From the IMG/VR virus record IMGVR_UViG_3300032243_000128, positions 1 to 39,980 of that record: DNA of 39,980 nt. One strand, given 5' to 3'. Positions 9,676 through 17,762 of the stretch are shown here, in pieces. This DNA is from a virus (lineage: Duplodnaviria > Caudoviricetes). The notes below the pieces were generated by a model. It was not told the origin of the DNA. It ran no database searches and saw only the letters and a list, made by a program, of their open reading frames with translations. Both the position numbers and the translations under genes were made by a program. The stretch's first letter is position 1, and each line of letters starts with the position of its first letter.

Positions 9676-9974
9676 AGTGTTTGAGTGCCTGTAGTTGTTG
9701 GTTGTCTAAGAGCAGCGGCAGCGGCGGCAGCATCTATTTCAGTTTTTCTTGTTAACCAAGCGTTGTATGCACCGTTTGCCCAATCTGGGAGTTGATTTAT
9801 TACTTCGTTTTGTGGTTTAGTAAAGTCGTCGTTTTCCACAAACTCAATCCAACCAAGATCATTCTTCCATTGCAAAGCATGGACATCTGATGGAATAAAA
9901 GAAAGATCTATATTATGAATTGCATAGTTATTAACATAGACAGTGTTATCTGAAGGAATGATTGTCAATTTCAT
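9672..9974 (-). CDS. Hypothetical fibre-associated protein
   Basis: 100 aa, translationally coupled; 'MKLTIIPSD...VHALQW...GWIEF'. Confidence 0.7.
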   Translation of the reverse strand: MKLTIIPSDNTVYVNNYAIHNIDLSFIPSDVHALQWKNDLGWIEFVENDDFTKPQNEVINQLPDWANGAYNAWLTRKTEIDAAAAAAALRQPTTTGTQTL

Positions 9975-10285
9975 TATTTATTCTCCATAATGAGTTGTTG
10001 AGCTTGTTGAGGAATCCCAGCGGCGGCAAGTAATATTTTTTGACCTACTTCATTTGCTTTAACCATTTCATTGCGGAATGACTCAACTGCTGCGCCAGTT
10101 TGTCTTTGCTGTTGGCTATTTTCAATCATCAAAACCGGAAGCCATGCTTGGGCGCACCCCCATTCATCTAAGTCTGCACCTGTGTTTGGGTTTGTGCCAC
10201 GGATTTGAATAAACCAAGCACACTCAAAAAGTTTGCAAGGCGCAAAATTATTTAAAGGACAGTTTGATTTTGATTCCATTTTCAT
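9974..10285 (-). CDS. Cys-containing hypothetical protein
   Basis: 103 aa; CP..C...CAW...WGC Cys cluster and 'QTGAAVESFRNEMVK' helix. Confidence 0.7.
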   Translation of the reverse strand: MKMESKSNCPLNNFAPCKLFECAWFIQIRGTNPNTGADLDEWGCAQAWLPVLMIENSQQQRQTGAAVESFRNEMVKANEVGQKILLAAAGIPQQAQQLIMENK

Positions 10286-10288
10286 AAA

Positions 10289-11047
10289 TTAGTCCTTTGC
10301 TGCTATGATTAAATCAACATACTGTACATTAAGTGTGACAGCAGAAGATGTGGCGCTACCCGATATTGAATGAGTATGAGAACCCCCACCGCCCGCACTG
10401 CTTGTAGCTGTGCAGTTCTGACTTGCCCCATTAGCTGGATTGTATCCACCGCAATTGACTCCGCCGGTAAAAAATGTATATACGTGACTATGAGAAGGCA
10501 TCATAGTTGTAGTAAGCGTTGTAGCGCCAGCAGATAGACTTGATGTGGTAATTGTTGGGGTTTGGTTGGTGAATACCGTTGTAAAAGCCGTAGTACCACC
10601 GGAGCTGGCCGAGCCAGTAACAACCCGCAAAGCCTTGTTGTCATGTGTTGTTTGTTTTGTCCAACCTGTTGGAGCCGCAGTTTGCTGGAACAACATTAAA
10701 GTAGTAGATGAAAACTCACTGTTTTTACCTGAAGTTGCAGAAACAACTGAAAACGAAGATGGATAAGTCACAAATACGTTTTTTGTGCCAGCAGATAAAT
10801 TTACCAACGAACCAGAATTACTTGACGCAAGTACGGTGTCCCTAGAAAGAGTTGTACCAGAAGTAGTGTAAGTACCAATACCAACTTCCCATTCGGCAGA
10901 TGTACTGGCAATTGTGTAATATGTTGTATTTGCATTTCCAATTGCAGAAAATGCTTGGTAACCTGTTACAGCGCCGCCAAGCGTAAGCGTACCTGTACCA
11001 GTCGTGGTCGTAGTTTCTTGAACTCGATCTTTGAGTACTAGTGCCAT
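10289..11047 (-). CDS. Fibre protein A: shared N-terminal anchor + collar/tip-like domain
   Basis: 'LFQQTAAPTGWTK', 'MPSHSH', 'GGGGSHTH' His motifs as in phage short fibre/collar tips. Confidence 0.8.
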   Translation of the reverse strand: MALVLKDRVQETTTTTGTGTLTLGGAVTGYQAFSAIGNANTTYYTIASTSAEWEVGIGTYTTSGTTLSRDTVLASSNSGSLVNLSAGTKNVFVTYPSSFSVVSATSGKNSEFSSTTLMLFQQTAAPTGWTKQTTHDNKALRVVTGSASSGGTTAFTTVFTNQTPTITTSSLSAGATTLTTTMMPSHSHVYTFFTGGVNCGGYNPANGASQNCTATSSAGGGGSHTHSISGSATSSAVTLNVQYVDLIIAAKD

Positions 11048-11057
11048 GTGATACCTT

Positions 11058-11576
11058 TTATCCCGTGTTTATGTTAGTCCAATTTGGTGTCTGTGTTGAG
11101 GCAATTTGAGTCCAGTTGGGGATACTATTTGTAGTGATTGGTGCCCAGTAATATATGTTGACATACCCAACTTGTCCAGTCGCTGAAACCCCAGTCAATG
11201 AAACTCCTTTGGTTGTACCTAAACTACCGACTGCACCAGTGCTTTGATTACCGGTAATTGCAAGCGATGCGTCTTTAGTAGGTATTAATGATCCAACTGC
11301 GCCGGTAGATGAAACACCAATTAAAGCTTCAATATTTAAAATTTTTAAGGAGCCAACTGCCCCAGTAGATTGATTTCCTGATATAGCAATGCTAATAGCA
11401 ACACCTACCGATCCCGCTGATCCAGTAGTTTGGTTTCCTGATATTGGTTTAGCAATACTTATTGATGCGATTGATCCAACTGCGCCAGTGGCGACATTTC
11501 CTGTCAACGCAAGGGTGACATCGGTACTTCCTAGCGACGCAAATGAACTGCCGCTGAAGGGGAATAAACCAAACAT
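11058..11576 (-). CDS. Virion structural protein with internal ~20-aa repeats
   Basis: 'MFGLFPFS' start and ~6 repeats of (I/L)(T/S)G(N/V)xxTGxVGS. Confidence 0.7.
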   Translation of the reverse strand: MFGLFPFSGSSFASLGSTDVTLALTGNVATGAVGSIASISIAKPISGNQTTGSAGSVGVAISIAISGNQSTGAVGSLKILNIEALIGVSSTGAVGSLIPTKDASLAITGNQSTGAVGSLGTTKGVSLTGVSATGQVGYVNIYYWAPITTNSIPNWTQIASTQTPNWTNINTG

Positions 11577-11601
11577 GTGCTACCCCCAAGTAGCTTGGGG
11601 A

Positions 11602-12063
11602 TTAAGCCAAGCGGATTAAACCAGTCGTTGCATCATTTGTAGGCATAGTTAGAGTAAATGTACCCGCAGCCACAGTTTGCGCTGAAAAAGTATGAACGCT
11701 GACTGCCTTGTTACTTTGTGTTGAGTTATAAATCAGCACGCAGTCAAATGAAGTTGAAAGCGTTACGCTAGTGTATATAATTGACGCAGACGGTGTAATG
11801 AACGCAGTCGTACCTGTAGCTGAAGGCGCAGTGCCAAAAGTAACAGTTACGCCGCCAGCAGAGTAGTTTGTACCTGAAACTTCGTTGGTTGCACTGTATG
11901 CAGATGTAGCCGCATTTACTGTTGCGGTGGTTACATACAAAGCCGCCTTGAAAGTATCTGCGGTTGATGCAGTATGGGCGGGTACACCTGTGCCGTTGAA
12001 TGCGTGGACAGCGTTGAGCAAGTCAGTTTTGAACGATGTGCACATTGCTTGTGTATTTGCCAT
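11602..12063 (-). CDS. Virion structural protein (paralog of 12267..12692)
   Basis: 'CTSFK...FKAALY...TNEVSGTNYSAGG...LIYN...LIRLA'. Confidence 0.75.
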   Translation of the reverse strand: MANTQAMCTSFKTDLLNAVHAFNGTGVPAHTASTADTFKAALYVTTATVNAATSAYSATNEVSGTNYSAGGVTVTFGTAPSATGTTAFITPSASIIYTSVTLSTSFDCVLIYNSTQSNKAVSVHTFSAQTVAAGTFTLTMPTNDATTGLIRLA

Positions 12064-12075
12064 GATATTTCCTTG

Positions 12076-12267
12076 TTAAAAAGATGCTGCCACAGGGAAC
12101 CCGGCAACAGTGGCTTGTTTTAAAACCATATCAACTGAACGATGAACAAGTTCACCATCTAGCCAATACTCTACCCATTTGATATTTTCACGTTCATTAT
12201 CGTCTTCGCCCATTCTTTTTTCAAGCAAAGAGTCATCCATTTCACCGTGAATAGTATTAACTAGCAT
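12076..12267 (-). CDS. Hypothetical protein
   Basis: 63 aa, coupled by TAATG; 'WVEYWLDGELVHRS'. Confidence 0.7.
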   Translation of the reverse strand: MLVNTIHGEMDDSLLEKRMGEDDNERENIKWVEYWLDGELVHRSVDMVLKQATVAGFPVAASF

Positions 12268-12692
12268 TATGCGATCCTTATGATTGCTGAAGTGTTTGAA
12301 GGGTCAGGGAATTGCACTGTAAATGTTGTAGACGATGTCTTATCTGCGCCAAAGTCCAATACACAAACTGCTGGATTACCCGTAGTAGTTTGATAAATCA
12401 ATGCGCCCCGCGCAGTCAAGGATGATGTCCATACCGCATTATTAAACGATATATATGCCGTTGTACCTGAGTTGCCTACAGTCGGAATCTGCGCAATCGT
12501 GAGAGCAAGACCGCCAGCCGTGTACCCTGTAGCCACAACTTCGCCCGTAGACGTATAAGCCGTGGTAGTGGCATCAAGCGTGGCTGCATTAGTGTACAAA
12601 GCAATCTTGAACGTGCCGGACGTAAAGTTGAACGTCCCGTTCATCATGCCTGTTTTGAATGTGTTGCAAGCCCAGTTGCCAGTAAAAGCCAT
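12267..12692 (-). CDS. Virion structural protein
   Basis: 'CNTFK...FKIALYT...GEVVATGYTAGG...ARGALIY...VLDFG...IIRIA'. Confidence 0.75.
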   Translation of the reverse strand: MAFTGNWACNTFKTGMMNGTFNFTSGTFKIALYTNAATLDATTTAYTSTGEVVATGYTAGGLALTIAQIPTVGNSGTTAYISFNNAVWTSSLTARGALIYQTTTGNPAVCVLDFGADKTSSTTFTVQFPDPSNTSAIIRIA

Positions 12693-13384
12693 TACGTCAC
12701 CGCCTGTCTGTACTGTCCAGACCGGTAGGCATCTTGACGCTCCATACCATCGCCCAGACGTTTCGCCAACGCAAGTGCTTCTTTGTATTTCATGTCGTAT
12801 CCAGCAATGATGTCAGCCTCACCTTTCATAAAGGAATACGCTTCAACCAAAGAGCCGTACAGCAGCACGGAGTCAAAGTTGTCACCCAGCCATGTCTGTC
12901 CACCAGATACCGTGGTAATAGATTCTGGATAATAGTAGTAATGAAGCTCAAGTGTATAAACCGCATCAGGAGTTGGGCCAAGAATAAACGTCAATTCTTT
13001 TTCGTCTGCTGACTGAGGGCCAAACAAAGCGTAGTATTTTGGTATGGCCGTATCTGTTGGGATTGGATATGCCTGACGAATAAAATTTACATCTTTGTTT
13101 AGTAAATATTCATAGGCACCTGTTGCATCAATAACAGCCATTGAATAGGTAGCTAAAAAATCAGCTGGGCAAGAAACGTATTTGTTTCCCGACGCTGTTA
13201 TTCCCGTGACATTTTTACGGATGGATGGGAATTGAACTGAGTTGTATATACGCTGTTCAGCTTGCGTGATAAACGTATTGATCTGCGTAGTCGCAGAAAC
13301 CGTACTACCACTTGCAAGGTACACATCGGGAAACTGATTCTCCGTGTACGACTGAATCGTGTTATACAACGTCGTGTAGTTCAT
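12692..13384 (-). CDS. Head-tail adaptor-like protein
   Basis: 230 aa; 'FITQAEQRI', 'LGPTPD..Y', 'LLYGSLVEA' pattern; position between head and tail genes. Confidence 0.65.
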   Translation of the reverse strand: MNYTTLYNTIQSYTENQFPDVYLASGSTVSATTQINTFITQAEQRIYNSVQFPSIRKNVTGITASGNKYVSCPADFLATYSMAVIDATGAYEYLLNKDVNFIRQAYPIPTDTAIPKYYALFGPQSADEKELTFILGPTPDAVYTLELHYYYYPESITTVSGGQTWLGDNFDSVLLYGSLVEAYSFMKGEADIIAGYDMKYKEALALAKRLGDGMERQDAYRSGQYRQAVT

Positions 13385-13662
13385 GCCATCGGGCCTCTAC
13401 TCATTAAGCCTTTGGTTGCCGCACCAGCACCACGCATTTTGATACCGTCAGTTTTAATTTTTTCATCACCAGCAGACTTGCTAATGTTGCCAACAGTCAC
13501 GTCATAGGTTTCAGCTTTGCTGCGGTTAGGAGGAAAGCCGGGGTTTGTACCAAATTCATCGGGTGCTTTGGTCATTTTTTTACCAGACATATCATGCGGT
13601 TGTGCGTAGACGCTGGCTGGGCCAACTTCTTTGCCGCCTTTTTTCATGCTGAATTTAGCCAT
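13381..13662 (-). CDS. Small basic protein with KKGG motif
   Basis: 93 aa; 'MKKGG', 'RGAGAATKG..SRGPMA'. Confidence 0.75.
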   Translation of the reverse strand: MAKFSMKKGGKEVGPASVYAQPHDMSGKKMTKAPDEFGTNPGFPPNRSKAETYDVTVGNISKSAGDEKIKTDGIKMRGAGAATKGLMSRGPMA

Positions 13663-13862
13663 TATTTGCCCCTTTGATTGTTGGCGCGAGCTACGTTGCG
13701 GCCAACCGCACGCATTTGTTGACCCGTAGGGCCGCCTTTTTTAAGTTTCAAGGATGTGCCCTTGCCACCTTTGTGTTCTTGCGTATCGTGCTGCTTGAAC
13801 GCTTTTTTAATTAACGCAACATCTTGTTTTTTGTCTGCTGCCGCTGATTCCATTTTTGCCAT
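13662..13862 (-). CDS. Small basic protein with KKGG motif
   Basis: Start ATG 13862 after AAGGAG; 'DKKQD...KQHDTQEH...LKKGG'. Confidence 0.75.
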   Translation of the reverse strand: MAKMESAAADKKQDVALIKKAFKQHDTQEHKGGKGTSLKLKKGGPTGQQMRAVGRNVARANNQRGK

Positions 13863-13872
13863 GATCGACTCC

Positions 13873-14262
13873 TTATGTCGTTGCAACTGTAACTGTACCA
13901 ATTATCACTGCCATTGCCAAATAATTTGGGGTCAAGAACGTGTCAAAGCTCGACGCTCCGCCAACTGGTGCCCATCCCCACTGATAAATCCGGCTACCAC
14001 CCCCGTTATACCCATCTGCCAGCAAACCAGAGACTTGATAACTTAGGTCAGGACGCGGATCACGCACCCCTTGCGGGTCATCCACTGGATACATACCCAA
14101 CTGGAGTTGCGGATGGTCAGGATCCCAGCACTGAGGGCACACTTTCAAGTCGTACGTCTTTGTTTTGACAACGAGCTTTTTGAGTAACGTCAGTTTGTAC
14201 CGAAACCCGCAGCGGTCACACTCTGCAATTGAGTTCTTGCCAGAGGAAAACCGATTACCCAT
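13873..14262 (-). CDS. Zn-ribbon-containing hypothetical protein
   Basis: CDRC...CPQC pair, 'DHPQL', 'DPRPD'. Confidence 0.75.
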   Translation of the reverse strand: MGNRFSSGKNSIAECDRCGFRYKLTLLKKLVVKTKTYDLKVCPQCWDPDHPQLQLGMYPVDDPQGVRDPRPDLSYQVSGLLADGYNGGGSRIYQWGWAPVGGASSFDTFLTPNYLAMAVIIGTVTVATT

Positions 14263-15191
14263 CAGCCACCTCCAATGAACATCTGTCTAGGCACGAGGCG
14301 CAACGCGGCGCGTTCTTGATCTTCGTCAGCCGCAGTCATCCAAGCTTCGTCATATTGCGCTTTCAGCACTTGCAACCGTTCCATGCCACCGGGCACTTTT
14401 AAAGCCACGTAGTAGGCCAATCCAGCCACCATACAAGGCACAAAACGAAACGGCACGTCCATGACATTTACACCATTACCAGCATCCTGCACGCGACGCA
14501 TGCGCCAGTACACAAATTGATAGGTCTGGGCTCCATCAGGCGTTGGCCAAACAGTTATTCGGGGGAGATTAGGGACATATACAGCTACACCAGCGGTGTG
14601 GGCTGCGGCAGTCGTGTTGTTCTGAGCGCGGAAACACCCACCCAAACTGTTGCCGTCTACGTACGTGTAGTAAATTGTCTCTGTACCCAGTGTGATGTAA
14701 CCTGATGTGGCCAGACCAACTGTGCTGGAGAGGGTAATTGTGGTGTCTGTAGACGTGATGGTTGTTGCCAAAGTCACGCCAGCAGGGGCATTCTGGCCGT
14801 CCAGACGTTGATACCAAACCTGAATTGGTCTGGATTGATTTAACTTGTTGGGGATCGTAGCGTAGGTAGACACGCTGATGCGTGTGATTGTCAAATCTGC
14901 TTGTGTTGCAGCTACGTTTGAGTTGGTTCGGATCACATGATCCAGCAAATCCACCGTATCGGTGGGAATGGGGTAGGTGTTTAATCCTTGGGTAAAAGTA
15001 ATCGTACCCTGCTCAAACGTCCACATATTGATGCCACGGTTTGCCCAGTCAGCAAAAAGTAAGTTTAATGATCGCCGCGCCGTTTTAAGGTCATAACCCG
15101 TACGCAACTCTGAACCAGCACGCTCAAAAGCTTCCTCCACCAACTCGGTGAGGTCTAAATTAAAGCCTGTTGATCCAGAGGTGTTTGCCAT
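14262..15191 (-). CDS. Tail tubular/adaptor-like structural protein with inserted beta domain
   Basis: 309 aa; 'EEAFER..G.DL.TARRSLNLLF.DWANRG', 'VWPTPD', 'AGLAYY'. Confidence 0.65.
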   Translation of the reverse strand: MANTSGSTGFNLDLTELVEEAFERAGSELRTGYDLKTARRSLNLLFADWANRGINMWTFEQGTITFTQGLNTYPIPTDTVDLLDHVIRTNSNVAATQADLTITRISVSTYATIPNKLNQSRPIQVWYQRLDGQNAPAGVTLATTITSTDTTITLSSTVGLATSGYITLGTETIYYTYVDGNSLGGCFRAQNNTTAAAHTAGVAVYVPNLPRITVWPTPDGAQTYQFVYWRMRRVQDAGNGVNVMDVPFRFVPCMVAGLAYYVALKVPGGMERLQVLKAQYDEAWMTAADEDQERAALRLVPRQMFIGGG

Positions 15192-15439
15192 TATTCTTCA
15201 ACTACCTTGGTTTTTTTGGCTTTTGGAGTCTCAACTACCACTTCAGGCTCCACAACCGACGTTTCTGCTGGTGCAGATTCCACAACCGCCGGAGCAGGAA
15301 GTTGATTTTCAAGTTTAGCAATTAAAGCTTCAATAGATGCTTCGGTAGAACCAAACATAGCAGTATATGCCGCGCCCTTAGAGCGTAGTGCGTCAAGAAC
15401 AATTTGGTCTTCTTCGTGAGTTAAATTGAATTGAGACAT
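15191..15439 (-). CDS. Hypothetical protein
   Basis: 82 aa with AAGGA SD, coupled to next gene. Confidence 0.65.
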   Translation of the reverse strand: MSQFNLTHEEDQIVLDALRSKGAAYTAMFGSTEASIEALIAKLENQLPAPAVVESAPAETSVVEPEVVVETPKAKKTKVVEE

Positions 15440-15448
15440 GGTGTTTCC

Positions 15449-15622
15449 TTATTTCATTTTCTTGAGGGTTTGAGCCAAACGAGCACGTTGACCCATCTTG
15501 CCGGGGGCTTTTGCAGCCTTGGCCAGTTTACCAGCGGGTATAGGTTTATCACCCTTTACACCCAACGATGCACGCAGTGCTCCGGGCTTCTTGATTGCTT
15601 TTTGAATCCATTTTTCAGCCAT
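15449..15622 (-). CDS. Small basic protein (57 aa)
   Basis: Below ORF-track cutoff; MAEKWIQKAIKKPGALRASLGVKGDKPIPAGKLAKAAKAPGKMGQRARLAQTLKKMK; TAATG overlap with upstream gene. Confidence 0.8.
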   Translation of the reverse strand: MAEKWIQKAIKKPGALRASLGVKGDKPIPAGKLAKAAKAPGKMGQRARLAQTLKKMK

Positions 15623-15825
15623 TATATTTTCTCCGCAGTGTTGTACGCCGTCAAAAGGGCATTTAAGCGTTGTATTTCTTTATCCCGTTCGTCAAGTTTA
15701 CGAAGTAAACTTTCATTCATGTCCGCCCACATTACGATCTGTTCCATACGCTGTTTGTGATCCTTGTGCATGAGTTCAAACATGCGTTCAGAAGCTTCAA
15801 GTTGTTTTTGGATGAACGAAATCAT
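15622..15825 (-). CDS. Short coiled-coil protein
   Basis: 67 aa, overlaps both neighbours at start/stop. Confidence 0.65.
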   Translation of the reverse strand: MISFIQKQLEASERMFELMHKDHKQRMEQIVMWADMNESLLRKLDERDKEIQRLNALLTAYNTAEKI

Positions 15826-16058
15826 TTTCTAAATCCCGCTGTTTTCTTTGCTATACCTTTAGGCTGTGCCACAAACTGCTTACCCGCTGCCTTACCTTTG
15901 CGCTTGGCCTTTGTTGTCGCCGCATATTCTGCGGGAGATAAAGATTTAATTGCCGCTTCTGGCAAGTACCGCTCACCAGTTTTAGAAGATGGCTTACCTG
16001 ATTTGGTACGCCACTTCTGGTCGCCCCAGTTTTTTAAAGACTGTTGCGGCGCTTTCAA
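15822..16058 (-). CDS. Small basic protein (DUF5872-like, C-terminal part)
   Basis: 'QQSLKNW..QKWRTKSG...TGERYLP..AIKSLS..EY..T.KAKR...KQFV'. Confidence 0.7.
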   Translation of the reverse strand: MKAPQQSLKNWGDQKWRTKSGKPSSKTGERYLPEAAIKSLSPAEYAATTKAKRKGKAAGKQFVAQPKGIAKKTAGFRK

Positions 16059-16333
16059 TCTCTGTAACCCCCACCCGCTGCCTTGTACTTCTTAGCAACA
16101 AGCTGTGCTTTACGTGCCGACCACTGACCCGCACCAGTACCTTGGGTAGCCGCTGCTTTGACCTGAGACACAATCTTCTTGCGAAGGCTTGGTTTTGTGT
16201 AATTGCCAGCAGCATTGACCTTGCCACCTTCCGCGTACATAGCGACTTTGTTCGGATCATCCTTGCGTTTGATTGTCTTTTTACCCGGCATCTTTGACGG
16301 GTTGATGTCGCCCATGCCGCGTGAGGGTCTCAT
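16055..16333 (-). CDS. Small basic protein (DUF5872-like, N-terminal part)
   Basis: Start ATG 16333; 'YAEGG', 'NYTKPSLR...GQWSARKAQL.AKKYKAAGGGY'. Confidence 0.7.
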   Translation of the reverse strand: MRPSRGMGDINPSKMPGKKTIKRKDDPNKVAMYAEGGKVNAAGNYTKPSLRKKIVSQVKAAATQGTGAGQWSARKAQLVAKKYKAAGGGYRD

Positions 16334-16749
16334 CGTTTGCCTTTGTACATGCCACCGCCGCACATCACCATCATGCCTTTGGTCTTGCCACGCTGGGCAA
16401 TGCCATCACCACGGCTGGAAGCTGAACCGCCTGAAGCCATTTTTTTGACTTTGCCGCCGCGCTTCATTTCATTACCCGCCTCATCAAAACCGTCACGACC
16501 TGCCATACCGGACAAGTTCCGCATTGACTTCGGAACAGTGATTGGCGGATTACGGTCGCTATCAGAGGAAGATAGATTGCGCATTGACTTTGGAATTACC
16601 AGCTTGCGTTGCAAACCTTTGTCCATATTCAACAGATCGCGCAAAGATTTATCTTCGCCATACTGTTCTTTAAAATCAGCAAGCTCTTTGGCAGATACTA
16701 AAGCTTTGCCATTTTTAATCTGGCGTTCTGGGTTGGGTGTGTACGCCAT
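16330..16749 (-). CDS. Small basic protein with GG and GKTKG motifs
   Basis: 139 aa; internal repeat (I/V)PKSMRNLS x2; MKRGG, MASGG, GDGIAQRGKTKG. Confidence 0.75.
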   Translation of the reverse strand: MAYTPNPERQIKNGKALVSAKELADFKEQYGEDKSLRDLLNMDKGLQRKLVIPKSMRNLSSSDSDRNPPITVPKSMRNLSGMAGRDGFDEAGNEMKRGGKVKKMASGGSASSRGDGIAQRGKTKGMMVMCGGGMYKGKR

Positions 16750-16752
16750 GAT

Positions 16753-17211
16753 TTAGCAAACCTTTCCGCCTTTTTTCATGCCTTTGTTACCAGACATGGT
16801 GATTTGCGTGCCTTTAGTTTTGCCTTTAGAAGCAATACCGTCTCTGCTGGGAGATGCTGTGCGAACTTTACCCATTGATGTGCTGGTGCCAACATCAACG
16901 GAACCGCCAGCAGCCATCTTTTTCATGCCGCCTTTTTTCATACCCATCATTTGTTTTTTGTCCATAGCCATGTCAGCTTTAGAGCCTTCTTTCATGCCTT
17001 TTTTCTCGACATCTTTGCCAGATTTTTCAAATTTAGCAAACGGATTCATTTTCTTTGTAGCCATATCCCCACCTCTTTTAAAAGTTTTGCCTTTGTCGGC
17101 AGTTGAAAAATCCTTGCCCACAGACTGCGGGACTCCGACTTTCTTGGCAAACGCTGGATTGTGGGCCACCGCTTCCATGAAACTGTGTTGTTTTTTACTT
17201 GTGCTCGGCAT
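16753..17211 (-). CDS. Lys/Met-rich basic protein with multiple GG motifs
   Basis: 152 aa; 'MPSTSKKQH.FM.AVAHNP.FAKKVG', FKRGG, MKKGG x2, MAAGG, DGIASKGKTKG. Confidence 0.8.
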   Translation of the reverse strand: MPSTSKKQHSFMEAVAHNPAFAKKVGVPQSVGKDFSTADKGKTFKRGGDMATKKMNPFAKFEKSGKDVEKKGMKEGSKADMAMDKKQMMGMKKGGMKKMAAGGSVDVGTSTSMGKVRTASPSRDGIASKGKTKGTQITMSGNKGMKKGGKVC

Positions 17212-17450
17212 TATTTTCCCGCTTGAATAAGCTGGTCAATTTTTGCTTCAAGGCGGTTAAACCGCTGGTCAATGTGGTCAGTAACTCTTTGTACTTCTGA
17301 ATTAGTTGCATAATCACGGGCCATCTCCTCACGGGTTGTGTTGAGCAAACGCTCAATTCGTTTGACATCCTCAAACTTCTCTTTGATAAAGAACCACAAA
17401 GCTCCCATCAAAACAGAAAGTCCAGCAGACCAGATAGTGTTTAAATCCAT
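17211..17450 (-). CDS. Small TM + coiled-coil protein
   Basis: ATG 17450 (TAATG overlap); N-terminal TM, 'LLNTTREE.A..Y', 'RLEAKIDQL'. Confidence 0.75.
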   Translation of the reverse strand: MDLNTIWSAGLSVLMGALWFFIKEKFEDVKRIERLLNTTREEMARDYATNSEVQRVTDHIDQRFNRLEAKIDQLIQAGK

Positions 17451-17761
17451 TACACAAACCTGCCTTTCGTTTTGCCTTTGGTGGCGCAACCATCGGCTTT
17501 GGTAACGTACCCACCATCAGCACAATTCCAAGCTCTCAAAGACTTGTTAATCCTCGAATCCGGATCGTTTGCGGTCTTGGCGCTCGTGAGCTTCGACTTC
17601 ATGCCTTTCATCCGGGCGCAGAAAGAGTCGCGCCTGCTGCCGCCTTCTGGTTGTGGAGGCTTCAGGTTGTGTCCTTCTTTCTTCGCAGAGGCTCGGCCTT
17701 TGGCGTTCAAGCCGCCATTCGGGTTCTTGCCTTCTTTGCGTTGCCATGCTGGAGTTGCCAT
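17450..17761 (-). CDS. Small basic protein (DUF6321-like)
   Basis: Start ATG 17761; 'AWQRKEGKNP.GGLNAKGRAS...RR.SFCARM.G...DSRINKSLRAWNC'. Confidence 0.75.
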   Translation of the reverse strand: MATPAWQRKEGKNPNGGLNAKGRASAKKEGHNLKPPQPEGGSRRDSFCARMKGMKSKLTSAKTANDPDSRINKSLRAWNCADGGYVTKADGCATKGKTKGRFV

Positions 17762-17762
17762 G

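Noticed and set aside
8270-11047. Duplicated fibre 5' ends as a diversity-generating retroelement or invertible shufflon
   Set aside because: Differences are mostly synonymous and not adenine-specific, the copies are in direct orientation, and no reverse transcriptase or invertase is seen.
11581-11589. TACCCCCAA as a seventh copy of the early palindrome
   Set aside because: It is only a half-site and is explained by the local SD-sequestering hairpin.
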